Part shown: positions 20,076-31,340 of the stretch, piece by piece
How positions within the stretch are numbered: the first letter of the stretch is position 1
Layout: every line of letters starts with the position of its first letter
Assembly: GCA_963836085.1 (NCBI GenBank)
Contig: CAWIHT010000014.1
Location: forward strand, 296,773 to 360,772
DNA from: an uncultured Actinomycetota bacterium
Lineage (GTDB): Bacteria > Actinomycetota > Acidimicrobiia > Spongiisociales > UBA5794
Length of the DNA: 64,000 bases
Reading direction: 5' to 3'
The notes under the pieces: generated by a model
The model's database searches: none
What the model was told of the DNA's origin: nothing
The model's input: the letters and a program-made list of their open reading frames with translations, nothing else
Made by a program: the position numbers and the translations under genes

Positions 20076-20971
20076 CCGACAACGTCGCAATCCACACCCA
20101 GGGACTCACCAAGCACTACGGCAAGGTCGAAGCCCTCGTGGACCTGAACCTCGACATCGTCCCCGGCGAGATCTTCGGATTCCTCGGGCCGAACGGCGCG
20201 GGCAAGACGACCGCGATCCGGACGCTCATGGACGAGATCCGGCCAACGAGTGGATCCGCCACGATCATCGGCCTCGATACGCACACGGACTCGGTCGAGA
20301 TCCGCAAGCACATCGGCTACATCCCCGGCGATCTCTCGATGTATCCGAACCTCACCGGCAGGGACACGCTCACCTACTTCTCGAATCTCCGCGGCGGCGT
20401 CGACTGGACCTTTGTCGATGCTCTTGCAGAGCGCCTCGAGGCCGACCTGTCGAGGAAGGTCGGGGATCTCTCGACCGGGAACCGCCAGAAGATCGGGATC
20501 ATCCAGGCGTTCATGAACAAGCCTCAGGTCTACATGATGGACGAACCGAGTTCAGGCCTCGACCCCCTCGTCCAGAGGGAGTTCCAGGGCATGATGAAGG
20601 AAGCCGTCGACGACGGAGCGACCGTCTTCCTCTCGAGCCACACGCTGTCCGAGGTCCAACGGGTCGCCGACCGCGTCGGCATCATCCGGACCGGCCACCT
20701 GGTTGCGGTCGAAGGCGTGCAGGAACTCCGATCAAAGGCGATCCGACGGGTCGATCTCTACTTCGACGGACCAGTAGACGGAAGCGTGTTCCTTCCCATC
20801 AACGGCGTTCGCGATGCCGAGGTCAGGAACCACCACGTCAACCTGTCGTTCGACGGGAGCATGGAGGAACTCCTCAATGTCGCCACGAGCAACTACACGC
20901 TCGTCGATATCAACACGCAGGAAGCGGACCTCGAAGAGATCTTCCTGACCTACTACCGCGAAGAGGCGTGA
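20072..20971 (+). CDS. ABC transporter ATP-binding protein (ABC-2 exporter type)
   Basis: Walker A GPNGAGKTT, signature LSTGNRQK, Walker B MMDEPSSGLD, H-loop SSHTL. Confidence 0.9.
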   Translation: MTDNVAIHTQGLTKHYGKVEALVDLNLDIVPGEIFGFLGPNGAGKTTAIRTLMDEIRPTSGSATIIGLDTHTDSVEIRKHIGYIPGDLSMYPNLTGRDTLTYFSNLRGGVDWTFVDALAERLEADLSRKVGDLSTGNRQKIGIIQAFMNKPQVYMMDEPSSGLDPLVQREFQGMMKEAVDDGATVFLSSHTLSEVQRVADRVGIIRTGHLVAVEGVQELRSKAIRRVDLYFDGPVDGSVFLPINGVRDAEVRNHHVNLSFDGSMEELLNVATSNYTLVDINTQEADLEEIFLTYYREEA

Positions 20972-20977
20972 CCCCGA

Positions 20978-22632
20978 TGCTTGCCAACGTATTCACCAAG
21001 ACCACCCTCGATCGGTGGAAGCCGCCCCTGATCGCGGCCGTCTCGCTCGCCGTGATACTCTTCTTCGGCATGGCGGTGTACCGCGGAATCGACGTCTCAT
21101 TCTGGGATGAACTCCCCGAGGCGTTCCGGAGCGTGTTCGGCATACCGGACGGAGCCGACGTCGGGGGCCTCGCCTACGGCGCCATCTACACGGGCTACGG
21201 CATGCTCACGATGGCAGCCGTTGCGCTCGCCGGAGGTGCGGTTTCGATCGCCGGCGAGGAGAAGAACGGAACGATCGGGCTTCTGCTCGGCAACCCGGTG
21301 AGCAGGACCACCATGGCCGTCTCGAAAGGGGCGGCGCTCGCCGCCGTGACCGCCGGGGCCTTCATCATCCTCTGGCTGGCCGGAATCGCCACCCCCGTGC
21401 TGCTCGACGTTGAGACCGGCACGATGGACATCAACGCACTGATCGTCATGATGTTCGTCAACGCCCTCTTCTACGGCTTCCTCGCGTTCGCCCTGAGTGG
21501 CTGGACGGGGAAGAGCTCGCTCGCCGGCGGCGTCACCGCCGGCATCATGGTGATCTCGTTCATCGCCGTCGGACTGCTGCCGCTGGTGGACAGCCTGGCG
21601 GGCCTCGCCAAGTTCTTCCCCTGGTACTACTTCAGCAGCAACGAGCCGGTCTTGAACGGCATCGATTGGGGCCACTTCGCCGTCCTGGCGGTTGGAGCCG
21701 CCGTGTTCTTCGCTGCCGGCGTCGTCGGCGTCAACCGACGCGACCTCCGGAGCCAGTCGGTCGGGACGAAGATGATCGACCGCCTGCGTGCCAACCCGAT
21801 GACCCACAAGGTCGCGGAGATGCTCGCCGGATCGGCGAGGGTGTCGAAGATCTGGATCAAGACGGCGTCGGAGCATCAGGCGCTGCTGTACGTGATCGTC
21901 CCGGTGATGTTCCTGATGTCCCTGATGATCGGTCCGATGTACACCATGATCGACGACACGCTCAAGTCGCTCGGAGAGCAGTTCCCGGAGACGCTGCTCG
22001 CGCTGTTCGGCGGTGGCGACATGGGCACCCCTGAGGGCTTCTATCAGATCGAGATGTTCGGAATGATGATCCCGATCAGCCTCCTCGTGGTCACCATCGT
22101 GATCGGGACGGCGGCTCTCGCCGGCGAAGAGAAGAACAACACGATGGGCCTGCTCCTCTCGAACCCGGTACGCCGGTCGACGGTCGTCCTCCAGAAGACG
22201 TGGACGATGATCCTGTACGCGGTGATCGTGGCACTCGCATCGTTCCTCGGAGTCGTTGCCGGATCACTGCTCGGCAATCTCGGCATGGACATCGGAAACA
22301 TCGCGGCTGCATGTGCCCTCGCCACCCTGCTCGGTCTGGCCTTCGGCGGCCTGGCCCTTGCGCTGGGCGCGGCTACCGGCCGCACGCAGATCGCCAGCTA
22401 CGGCGCGGTTGGCGTGGCGGTGGTCTCTTTCATCATCAACGGGTTCTTGCCGCTCAACGACAGCACCGCCGCATGGGCGAAGGTCTCGCCGTTCTACTAC
22501 TACCTGAGCAGCGATCCACTGCTGACCGGGATGCACTGGGGCCACGCCGCCGTCCTCGGCGGACTGTTCGTGATCCTGGTAACTGCGGCTGTCTGGTTCT
22601 TCCAGCGGAGGGATCTCCGGCAGAACGGATAG
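20978..22632 (+). CDS. ABC-2 family permease, internally duplicated (two 6-TM halves fused), 551 aa
   Basis: Two homologous halves (…IAGEEKNGTIGLLLGNPVSRTTM… and …LAGEEKNNTMGLLLSNPVRRSTV…). Immediately downstream of the ATPase. Confidence 0.8.
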
Positions 22633-22644
22633 CGGGGCCGTCAC

Positions 22645-22794
22645 TCAGCGGCGGTTCATCATCCCGAAGAGGAGAGACAGGCCGACGGTGAGCACGACGC
22701 TCCCGATGATCGAGATGTTCCAGCCGAAGAAGAACTTCAGCACCAGGAGCACGAGCACGAAGACGGCGAGCCGCCCGAACACTGAATTCTGCAT
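22645..22794 (-). CDS. Small (49 aa) membrane protein, GlsB/YeaQ/YmgE-like
   Basis: MQNSVFGRLAVFVLVLLVLKFFFGWNISIIGSVVLTVGLSLLFGMMNRR; below the ORF-track length cut-off. Confidence 0.35.
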   Translation of the reverse strand: MQNSVFGRLAVFVLVLLVLKFFFGWNISIIGSVVLTVGLSLLFGMMNRR

Positions 22795-22826
22795 GGCGCC
22801 TCCGTCTCGATCGAGGATCGGCGACC

Positions 22827-24203
22827 CTACCCCGAACTCGCCGCACAGCGAAGGGGCCGGCCATCTTCGAGCGCACTGACGCCTAGTGGAGGGTCTCCTC
22901 CTCCACGACGTCTACAACCTCGACGACCTTCTCCCTCTGCCGCGGGTGCGACGGCTTCGGGCTCCGGCGCCGCAAGGACTTCTGTGACAACGATGACGGC
23001 GAGGACGATGACGGCCGTCAGCAGCACAGAGAATCCGGTCGGCGGCGGTCCGAAGAGGATGAAGCCGAGCCCGATCACCACGGCAACAACCTCGATCGTC
23101 GGCTTCCAGTCAGCGACGAAGTCCGTCAACAAGTTGGGTCGGCTTCGGCAGGTTGCCGCCATCGCTGGATCGTGCCCGATACCCAGGTGCGGAGTTCACT
23201 GACCGGGACGACGGCCCCATGGCCCAGGCGATGATGCCGACAATCAACCCGAGGATCAGGCCTGCCCACATCATCTGCAGGAGCCGATTCAGGACGAGAT
23301 CCCAGGCTGCGCCGGCCGCCTGCTGCTTGGTTACGTCCTCGATCGCATTGACCACGTAGTTGCGTCCGTAGCGCAGCCCAATGAGGGTCACGACCAAGCC
23401 GATGGCGGTGCCGAAGCCGAGGAACGCCGTGGTGCTCCTGCGGTCACGGGAGATCCAGATGGCAGCTGCGATGAACAACAGGGCCAGCAGCGGCAGGAAC
23501 CACCCGAGCGTATCGATCGCCTGAGCCAACGACTGGACAGCAGCGAGCTGCCGGTCTTCGTACACCACGATCGATCCGAGTTGCAGCTCGGTGTCGGGCA
23601 ATTCGAGTCCGGTAGCCTCGACCTTCTCGATGACGACCCCGGCGATGTCGTCGAGGTTGATCGAGACCACACCGCCTTCGGACTCCAGAGCGCGCCGTTG
23701 CCGGAGACAATTGCACTCGCAGCCCTGTGGGTCACCCGGAGCGCTCCCGACCAGACCGAGCCGAAAGCATCCGAGACGATGACCTCGTTCGCCGCACCGG
23801 CGACCACAGCCGTGATCGATTCCGTCAGCGGAACCGAGAGGAACTTCAGGCCGTCGGGGAGGTTTCCCTGAACCCAGGCCTCGACATCGCCCGCCTCGAC
23901 GACGCCATCGGCAACAAGAACGGCAATGACCGAGGCAACCGACTCCTCCTGTGGAAGCGGCTCCAACGTCGCAACAAACTGGTCCTCGTCCTGGATCGTG
24001 GTCTTCGCCCACGCGACGCTGACCGATGCCACCATCGCAACGATCGCAAGCACCACCAGCAGCCCGACGACGGCCTTCCTCCACCACGGATTCGCCGTTG
24101 ATTTCGGCTTCGTCTTCTTGGATGCTGGCTGGGCGGCCAGTTGTCGCCGCAATTCCTCGTTCTCGGCTGAGAGTCGCCAGATCCTCGAGATCGACGAGTT
24201 CAA
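22827..24203 (-). CDS. Membrane protein with N-terminal coiled-coil; apparently split by two or more frameshifts (about 23160 and 23480)
   Basis: ORFs 23388..24203 (N-terminus MNSSISRIWRLSAENEELRRQLAA…TM), 23110..24087 (central/C-terminal TM segments) and possibly 22827..23162 form one protein across frames 2/0/2. Confidence 0.35.
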
Positions 24204-24411
24204 CCTCCGCCGCTACGAATCGTCGTCGGACGGTGTTTCGGATCCGGGGCTACCGGGCGTCGCCAGGTCTCGTCGGTGCTCATGTGGTGATCTCCTTCAC
24301 GTCAGAGCCTACCGTTGGCCGGCGGCGGACGGCCGAGTCGATTGACCGGGCGCAGGCACCGATCGCGGACGGTATCGTGCGGGTCACACGCAGGCACCTC
24401 AAGGGGTTCAC

Positions 24412-25260
24412 ATGACAGATTCAGCTGACTCGGTATTCGACACGATTGAACCGGTGAACAGCAACAAGAAGCCCAAGCTCCCCAAGAAGGTCTACGAAGC
24501 GGAACTCGAGCGGCTTCAGACCGAACTCGTCAAGCTCCAGAGTTACGTCAAGGAGGAGGGCCTCAAGGTCGTCGTGATCTTCGAGGGACGCGACGCGGCC
24601 GGCAAGGGCGGCGTGATCAAGCGGATCACCGAGCGCCTGAACCCCCGCATCTGCCGCGTCGTGGCGCTGGGCACGCCGACCGAGCGCGAGAAGACGCAGT
24701 GGTACTTCCAGCGCTACGTCGCCCACCTGCCGGCCGCCGGCGAGATGGTGCTGTTCGACCGCAGCTGGTACAACCGCGGCCTGCGTCGAGCGGGTCATGG
24801 GCTTCTGCACCGAGGACGAGTACACGGAGTTCCTGCGCTCCTGCCCCGAGTTCGAGCGCATGCTGGTCCGCATCGGGGATCATCCTCATCAAGTACTGGT
24901 TCTCGGTGAGCGACGAGGAGCAGGAGCGCCGATTCCAGGCGCGGATCGACGACCCGACCAAGCGCTGGAAGCTCAGCCCCATGGACCTGGAGTCGCGCGC
25001 CCGGTGGGTCGAGTACTCCAGGGCCAAGGACGAGATGTTCGACCACACGGACATCAAGCAGGCGCCGTGGTACGTCGTCAACGCCGACGACAAGAAGCGG
25101 GCGCGGCTGAACTGCATCAGCCACCTGCTGAGCATGATCCCCTACGAGGACCTCACGCCGGACCGATCGAACTGCCGCCGCGCCAGGACGACAGCGGCTA
25201 CATCCGGCCGCCGATCGCGGAGCAGACGTTCGTGCCCGACCACTACTGAGCGGCAGCGAG
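24412..25260 (+). pseudogene. ppk2: Polyphosphate kinase 2 (PPK2) interrupted by three single-base indels (pseudogene or sequence errors)
   Basis: Collinear PPK2 sequence ([69 protein letters not shown] | [26 protein letters not shown] | [39 protein letters not shown]… | PIELPPRQDDSGYIRPPIAEQTFVPDHY) spread over three frames. Shifts are near 24785, 24878 and 25160. Confidence 0.75.
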
Positions 25261-25320
25261 ATTCCGGCGATTCCACTCTGATACGCTTCGCGCCCCCGTC
25301 CGTGGAGCCGTTCGAGAACC

Positions 25321-27738
25321 ATGTCATACGGATACTTCGACGATGACGCCCGCGAGTACGTCATCACCACCCCGCGTACCCCGTACCCGTGGATCAACTA
25401 CCTGGGCATGGAGGAGTTCTTCGGGCTGATCTCGAACACCGGCGGCGGCTACACCTTCTTCCGCGATGCCCTCATGCGCCGTCTCATTCGCTTGCGCTAC
25501 AACAACGTGCCGACCGATGCCGGCGGCCGCTGCTACTACTCAACGACGGCGGCGACATCTGGTCCCCGACCTGGCCACCGGTCGGCGCAGAGCTCGACCA
25601 GTTCGAGGCCGGCACGGCATGTGCTACACGTCGATCACTGGGGAGCGCAACGGCATCCGCGGCGAGGTCACGTTCTTCGTGCCCCTCGGTGCCACGGCGA
25701 GATCCACGGGTTCGCTGACCAACACCACCGACTCTGCCCGGTCGTCCACCTGTTCTCGTTCGCCGAGTTCTGCCTCTGGAACGCCGCGGACGACTCGACG
25801 AACTTCCAGCGGAACCTCTCCTCGGCGAGGTCGAGGTCGAGGGCAGCGCGATCTACCACAAGACCGAGTATCGCGAGCGCCGCAATCACTACGCGTTCTA
25901 CAGCGTCAACGCCCCAATCCAGGGATTCGACACCGACCGGGAGAGTTCTTCGGCCTCCGCAGCAACGGGCTGCCCCCGAGGCGGTGGTCGAGGGCAAGAG
26001 CCGCAACTCCATCGCCAGCGGTTGGGCCCCCGTCGGGTCCCATCAACTGGACATCGAACTGGCGCCCGGCGAACAGCGGGACCTGATGTTCGTCCTCGGC
26101 TACGTGGAGAACGCCGAAGACGAGAAGTGGGAATCGCCCGGGGTCATCAACAAGACGAAGGCCGAGGAGCTCCTCGCACGGTTCTCGACATCGGCGTCCG
26201 TCGACGCGGCGCTCGCCGAACTGAGGGACTACTGGAGCGGACTGCTCGCGACACCGCGGTATCGAGCGGGGACCCGCGCCTCGACCGGATGATCAACATC
26301 TGGAACCCGTACCAGTGCATGGTCACCTTCAACATGTCGCGGAGCGCCTCCTACTTCGAGTCCGGACTGGGGCGCGGCATGGGCTTCCGGGACTCCGCTC
26401 AGGACCTCCTCGGGTTCGTGCACCTGATCCCGGACCGGGCCAGGCAGCGCATCCTCGATATCGCCGCCACCCAACTCCCGGACGGGAGCGACTGGCACCA
26501 GTATCAGCCGCTGACCAAGCGAGGCAACGAGGGCGTGGGCGGCGGATTCAACGACGACCCGCTCTGGCTCATCGAAGGGACCGCCGCCTACATCAGGGAG
26601 ACCGGCGACCTGACGATCCTCGACGAGGTCGTCCCGTTCGACAACGACCCGGAGGATGCGGCACCGCTGCTCGAACACCTCGCCCGCTCGTTCCACCACG
26701 TGCTCGCCAACCTCGGTCCGCACGGTCTGCCGCTCATCGGGCGGGCCGACTGGAACGACTGCCTGAACCTCAACGCCTTCTCGACCGAACCGGGTGAGTC
26801 GTTCCAGACAATGGAGACCCAGGACGGTCGAACCGCCGAGTCGATCTTCATTGCCGGCCTGTTCGTCCATGCCGGTGAGCAGTACGCCGACATCCTCGAA
26901 GCGCTCGGCATGGGCGACGGGGCGACCACGGCGGGAGAGCGGATCGCCGAGATGGCCGACACCGTGCTCGAGCACGGTTGGGACGGATCGTGGTTCCTCA
27001 GGGCCTACGACCATTTCGGCGACAAGGTCGGATCTGCGCAGAACGATGAGGGCCAGATCTTCATTGAGCCCCAGGGCATGTGCGTGATGGCCGGCATCGG
27101 TGCCGAGACATCTCACGCCAACCAGGCCCTCGACTCGGTCAATGCCCGGCTGAACTCCGACCACGGCATCCTGCTGCTCCAACCGGCGTTCACCCGATTC
27201 CACGTCGAGTTGGGCGAGATCACCACCTACCCGCCGGGGTACAAGGAGAACGGCAGCGTCTTCTGCCACACCAACCCGTGGGTGATGATCGCCGCGACCC
27301 GCCTCGGACGGGCCGAAGAGGCGTACGAGTACTGGAAGAAGATCGCACCGGCGTTCCGCGAAGGAGATCGCCGACGGGCATCGCACCGAGCCGTACGTCT
27401 ACGCCCAGATGATCGCCGGGCAGCGACGCGCCGCGTACGGGGAGGCGAAGAACTCCTGGCTGACGGGCACCGCTGCATGGAACTGGGTCGCGATCACCCA
27501 GCACATCATCGGCGTGCGCCCGGAACTTGAAGGACTCCGCGTCGAACCGTGTCTCGCCGCCGAGATCGGCGACCTCAGCTACGTGCGGCACTGCCGAGGC
27601 GCCGAGTACCGGGTGAACATCGCCAACGGGCCGGGAGACGGATCACCAAAGCTCACGGTGGATGGGTCGGCCCACGAGGGCACCCTGGTGCCGTATGCCG
27701 AGCCGGGTGCGGTCGTTGTGGTTGACGTGGTGGTCTGA
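25321..27738 (+). pseudogene. GH94 cellobiose/chitobiose phosphorylase interrupted by about five single-base indels (pseudogene or sequence errors)
   Basis: Very strong collinear similarity to cellobiose phosphorylase across ORFs 25321, 25389, 25466, 26022 and 27409: MSYGYFDDDAREYVITTPRTPYPWINYLG, LNDGGDIWSPTW, ITGERNGIRGEVTFFVPLG, FSFAEFCLWNAADDSTNFQRNLS, MINIWNPYQCMVTFNMSRSASYFESGLGRGMGFRDSAQDLLGFVHLIP, YVYAQMIAGQRRAAYGEAKNSWLTGTAAWNWVAI. Confidence 0.8.
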
Positions 27739-27780
27739 GCTACCAGCTAACAGCAAGATGTGGTCTCGCCTCATCGTGCT
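27739..27780 (+). repeat. Short fragment related to the linker module of the palindromic repeat family, ~110 nt upstream of hoxE
   Basis: gctaccagctaacagcaagatgtggtctcgcc shares ccaagatgtggtctcgc with the tandem-array linker and gctaccagct..cagcaag with 51.97-52.0 kb. Confidence 0.35.
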
Positions 27781-27883
27781 CGGGCTGCCCCCAGAGTCCT
27801 TGTTCCTCAAGTGATCGTGCCATTGGCCCCTACCCCCAGCTCACGCGTCCAGACAAGGTATGGCGATACGGAGACGGGGAACG

Positions 27884-28420
27884 ATGACTGACAGCACAAC
27901 GGCAACTGCTCGCCCACATCCAGCGGAGAAGCCGCATCCCTCCGGGGACGACCGGTTCAATCTGCTCGACAAGCAACTCAAGCGCGTCCGCTACGGCCAG
28001 GACCAACTCATCGAGATCCTGCACCTCGCGCAGGACGTGTTCGGCTACCTGGACGACGACATCCTGATCTACCTCGCCAGGAAGCTCATGCTCCCGCCGA
28101 GCATGGTCTACGGCGTCGCCACCTTCTACCAACTCTTCACCTTCGACCCGCCGGGAGACCACTCCTGCACCGTCTGCACCGGCACGGCATGCTTCGTCAA
28201 GGGCGCGGACGACATCGTGACCTCGGTCTCCGACGCACACTCGGTCGCAGTGGGGACGACCTCCGAAGACGGCACGCTGACGCTCAAGACCGCCCGCTGC
28301 ATCGGCTCGTGCGGCCTCGCCCCGGTGCTGGTCGTCGACGGCGAAGTCCTCGCACATCAGACACCGGAGTCGGCGCTCGAAGTCGTCGGTGCCGCACTCG
28401 CCACGGGAGGTGACGCCTGA
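27884..28420 (+). CDS. hoxE: Bidirectional [NiFe] hydrogenase diaphorase subunit HoxE (NuoE-like 2Fe-2S)
   Basis: NuoE/24-kDa fold with cluster cysteines CTVCTGTAC…CIGSCGLAP. First gene of the hoxEFUYH cluster. Confidence 0.8.
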   Translation: MTDSTTATARPHPAEKPHPSGDDRFNLLDKQLKRVRYGQDQLIEILHLAQDVFGYLDDDILIYLARKLMLPPSMVYGVATFYQLFTFDPPGDHSCTVCTGTACFVKGADDIVTSVSDAHSVAVGTTSEDGTLTLKTARCIGSCGLAPVLVVDGEVLAHQTPESALEVVGAALATGGDA

Positions 28421-30051
28421 TGGCCGCCCCAATCGATCTTCACGAAGTCAGCGAGCGGGAACTCTCCGAGCGATACCGCTTCCCATGGCGCGTGAAGGCC
28501 TGCATGAGCACCGCCTGCCTGTCGGCCGGTGCCGGCGCGGCGTTCCAGTCCATGGAACAGACGATCGAGCGTGAGGATCTCGCCCTCGAAGCACGCCTCA
28601 TCCCGACCGGATGCATGGGTCTCTGCAGCCGTGGACCGCTGGTCCGCGTTCTCCGCCGCGGCACCGAAGAGACGATGTACCAGGCCGTGAACGCCGAAGT
28701 CGGCATCGACATCATCAGCAGCCACGTCAAGGACCACAAGCCTGTCGAGACGAACATCCTCGACCACAAGATCCCGTTCTTCTCGAGCCAGGAACGCATC
28801 GTGCTCGAGAACGGCGGCGTCATCGACCCGAACCGCATCGAGTCCTACGTCGGCCACCGCGGCTACCAGGCGCTCGAACGGGTCATCACCCGCATGGCGC
28901 CGGAAGAGGTCGTCGAGATCGTCCGCGAGTCCGGACTCCGCGGCCGTGGCGGTGCCGGCTATCCCGCCGGATCGAAGTGGGCGCTCCTCGCCGCCGCTGA
29001 GGGGAAGACAAAGTACGTCGTCGCCAACGGTGACGAGGGCGACCCCGGCGCCTACATGGACCGCACGGTGATGGAAGACGATCCGCACCGCCTCCTCGAA
29101 GGCATGGCGATCGCCGCCTATGCCACCGGCGCCACCAAGGGCTACATCTACGTCCGTGCCGAATACCCGCGGGCCGTCGAACGCCTCGACCGGGCGATCA
29201 GCGTCGCCAGGCGGAAGCGCCTCCTCGGCAGGAAGATCCTCGACACCGACTTCACTCTCGACATCGAGGTTCGCATCGGGGCCGGCGCCTTCGTTTGCGG
29301 TGAAGAGACGGCGCTTCTGGCGTCGATCGAAGGCAGGCGCGGCATCCCACGCCTCCGCCCACCCTTCCCGACCGAGCGCGGCCTGTGGGGCGCCCCGACG
29401 ATGATCAACAACGTCGAGACGCTCGCCAACATCCCGACGATCATGCGCAAGGGTGCCGAGTGGTACTCGTCAATCGGCACCGAGGGAAACGCCGGCACCA
29501 AGGTGTTCGCGCTCGCCGGCGACCTCGTCAATACCGGACTCATCGAGGTGCCCATGGGCATCACGCTCCGCCACATCGTCGAAGACATGGGCGGTGGCAT
29601 CCCGGACGGCAAGGCCTTCAAGGCGGCCCAGACCGGCGGACCATCCGGCGGGTGCATCTCTGCCGAGTTCCTCGACACCAAGGTGGACTACGACAGCCTT
29701 CGCAACCTCGGATCGATCATGGGATCGGGCGGTCTGGTCGTCATGGACGAGGACGTCAGCATGCCGGAGATCGCCAAGTTCTTCATGGCGTTCTCCATGG
29801 ACGAGAGTTGCGGCAAGTGCTTGCCGTGCCGGGCCGGCACCGTCCAACTCCACGAGCTCCTCGAACGGATCACCGGAGGTTCCGGGACGCGTCAGGACAT
29901 GCGCGATCTCGAGCACCTCTGCCACGTGGTCAGGGACACGAGCCTGTGTGGCCTCGGACAGACCGCACCGAGTCCGGTGCTCAGCACGCTGCAGTACTTC
30001 CGCCCCGAATACGAGGAACTGATCGCCGGAGAGGAGGCCGCTCATGCGTGA
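28420..30051 (+). CDS. hoxF: Hydrogenase diaphorase subunit HoxF (NuoF-like; FMN/NAD-binding, 4Fe-4S, N-terminal 2Fe-2S domain)
   Basis: 543 aa: [20 protein letters not shown] motifs, C-terminal [10 protein letters not shown] 4Fe-4S, N-terminal CMSTAC…CMGLC thioredoxin-like cluster. Confidence 0.9.
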   Translation: MAAPIDLHEVSERELSERYRFPWRVKACMSTACLSAGAGAAFQSMEQTIEREDLALEARLIPTGCMGLCSRGPLVRVLRRGTEETMYQAVNAEVGIDIISSHVKDHKPVETNILDHKIPFFSSQERIVLENGGVIDPNRIESYVGHRGYQALERVITRMAPEEVVEIVRESGLRGRGGAGYPAGSKWALLAAAEGKTKYVVANGDEGDPGAYMDRTVMEDDPHRLLEGMAIAAYATGATKGYIYVRAEYPRAVERLDRAISVARRKRLLGRKILDTDFTLDIEVRIGAGAFVCGEETALLASIEGRRGIPRLRPPFPTERGLWGAPTMINNVETLANIPTIMRKGAEWYSSIGTEGNAGTKVFALAGDLVNTGLIEVPMGITLRHIVEDMGGGIPDGKAFKAAQTGGPSGGCISAEFLDTKVDYDSLRNLGSIMGSGGLVVMDEDVSMPEIAKFFMAFSMDESCGKCLPCRAGTVQLHELLERITGGSGTRQDMRDLEHLCHVVRDTSLCGLGQTAPSPVLSTLQYFRPEYEELIAGEEAAHA

Positions 30052-30787
30052 ACGGCGCAAGTCAGCGACCATCAGCTTCAACGGCGAGGAAGTCAAGGCG
30101 TACATCGACGAGACCGTCTTGCAGGCGGCACGACGCAACAACGTCTTCATCCCCTCGCTCTGCTACGTCGAAGGGCTCTCCGTGTGGGGCGGCTGCCGCC
30201 TCTGCATGATCGAGATCGAGGAAGACCGCAAGATGCGGCCGGCCTGCGCAACGCCGATCAACCCGGGCATGGAAGTCAACACGATGACCCCACGGCTGAA
30301 GGCGCATCGCAAGGCAATCCTCGAACTCCTCTTCGCCGAGGGCAACCACGTGTGTGCCGTGTGCGTATCGAACGGCAACTGCGAACTCCAGGACATGGCC
30401 GTGGCATGCGACATGGACCACGTCCGGTACGACTACCGCTCACCGTTGCGCAGAGTCGACGCCAGCCATCCGAAGTACGTGTTCGACGCCAACCGCTGCA
30501 TCCTCTGCACCCGCTGTGTCCGGGTCTGTGACGAGATCGAGGGCGCCCACGTGTGGGACGTCGCCTCGCACGGCGCCGACGCCATGCTCATCACCGACCT
30601 CAACCAGCCATGGGGCGAATCGATGTCCTGCACCTGGTGCGGAAAGTGCGTCGCCGTCTGCCCGACCGGGTCGCTGTCCTATCAGGGCACGGCCGTCGGC
30701 GAGATGGAACACTCAGTCGCAATGATCAGCCGCCTCGCCGTCGCCCGAAACCGGGGCGAATGGCTCAACCCGGAGTCCGTGTCATGA
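30044..30787 (+). CDS. hoxU: Hydrogenase diaphorase subunit HoxU (NuoG N-terminal-like Fe-S protein)
   Basis: 2Fe-2S ferredoxin motif [15 protein letters not shown] and 4Fe-4S motifs [23 protein letters not shown]. Confidence 0.85.
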   Translation: MRERRKSATISFNGEEVKAYIDETVLQAARRNNVFIPSLCYVEGLSVWGGCRLCMIEIEEDRKMRPACATPINPGMEVNTMTPRLKAHRKAILELLFAEGNHVCAVCVSNGNCELQDMAVACDMDHVRYDYRSPLRRVDASHPKYVFDANRCILCTRCVRVCDEIEGAHVWDVASHGADAMLITDLNQPWGESMSCTWCGKCVAVCPTGSLSYQGTAVGEMEHSVAMISRLAVARNRGEWLNPESVS

Positions 30788-31327
30788 GCAAAGTCCGACT
30801 CGCTACCGCATGGCTCGGAGGATGCTCCGGATGCCACATGTCGTTCCTCGACATGGACGCCTGGCTCTTCGATCTCGCCGCCGTCGCCGACGTCGTCTAC
30901 AGCCCGATCGCCGACGTCAAGGTGTTCCCACCGAACGTCGACATCGCGCTCGTGGAAGGTGCCGTCGCCAACGAGGACAACGCGGAACTCGCCAAGGAGA
31001 TCCGCGGAGAACTCAAAGCTGGTCGTGTCGTTCGGAGACTGCGCCGTCACCGGCAACGTCACCGCGATGCGGAATCCGCTCGGCGATCCGCTCGCAATTC
31101 TCGAAGCGGTCTACGTCGACGCCCCCGATCGGGACGGCCAACTCCCGATCGCACCGGGCATCGTGCCGCCACTCCTCCCGCAGGTGCTCCCCCTCCACAA
31201 GGTGATCAAGGTGGACGCGTACTTGCCAGGATGCCCGCCACCGGCGGATCGCATCCAGCGGGCGATTGAGGCCCTCCTCGATGGAGAGCCCTCCCGCATC
31301 ACCGGTGAAGACATCAGGTTTGGCTGA
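30784..31327 (+). CDS. hoxY: [NiFe] hydrogenase small subunit HoxY; one apparent frameshift near 31010
   Basis: [23 protein letters not shown]… then in another frame …[21 protein letters not shown]…YLPGCPP. A homopolymer G run at the junction. Confidence 0.75.
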
Positions 31328-31340
31328 GGAGGACGACAAC

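Noticed and set aside
27830-28432. Minus-strand 200-aa ORF overlapping hoxE
   Set aside because: Antisense to a well-supported hoxE coding frame; no homology signal.
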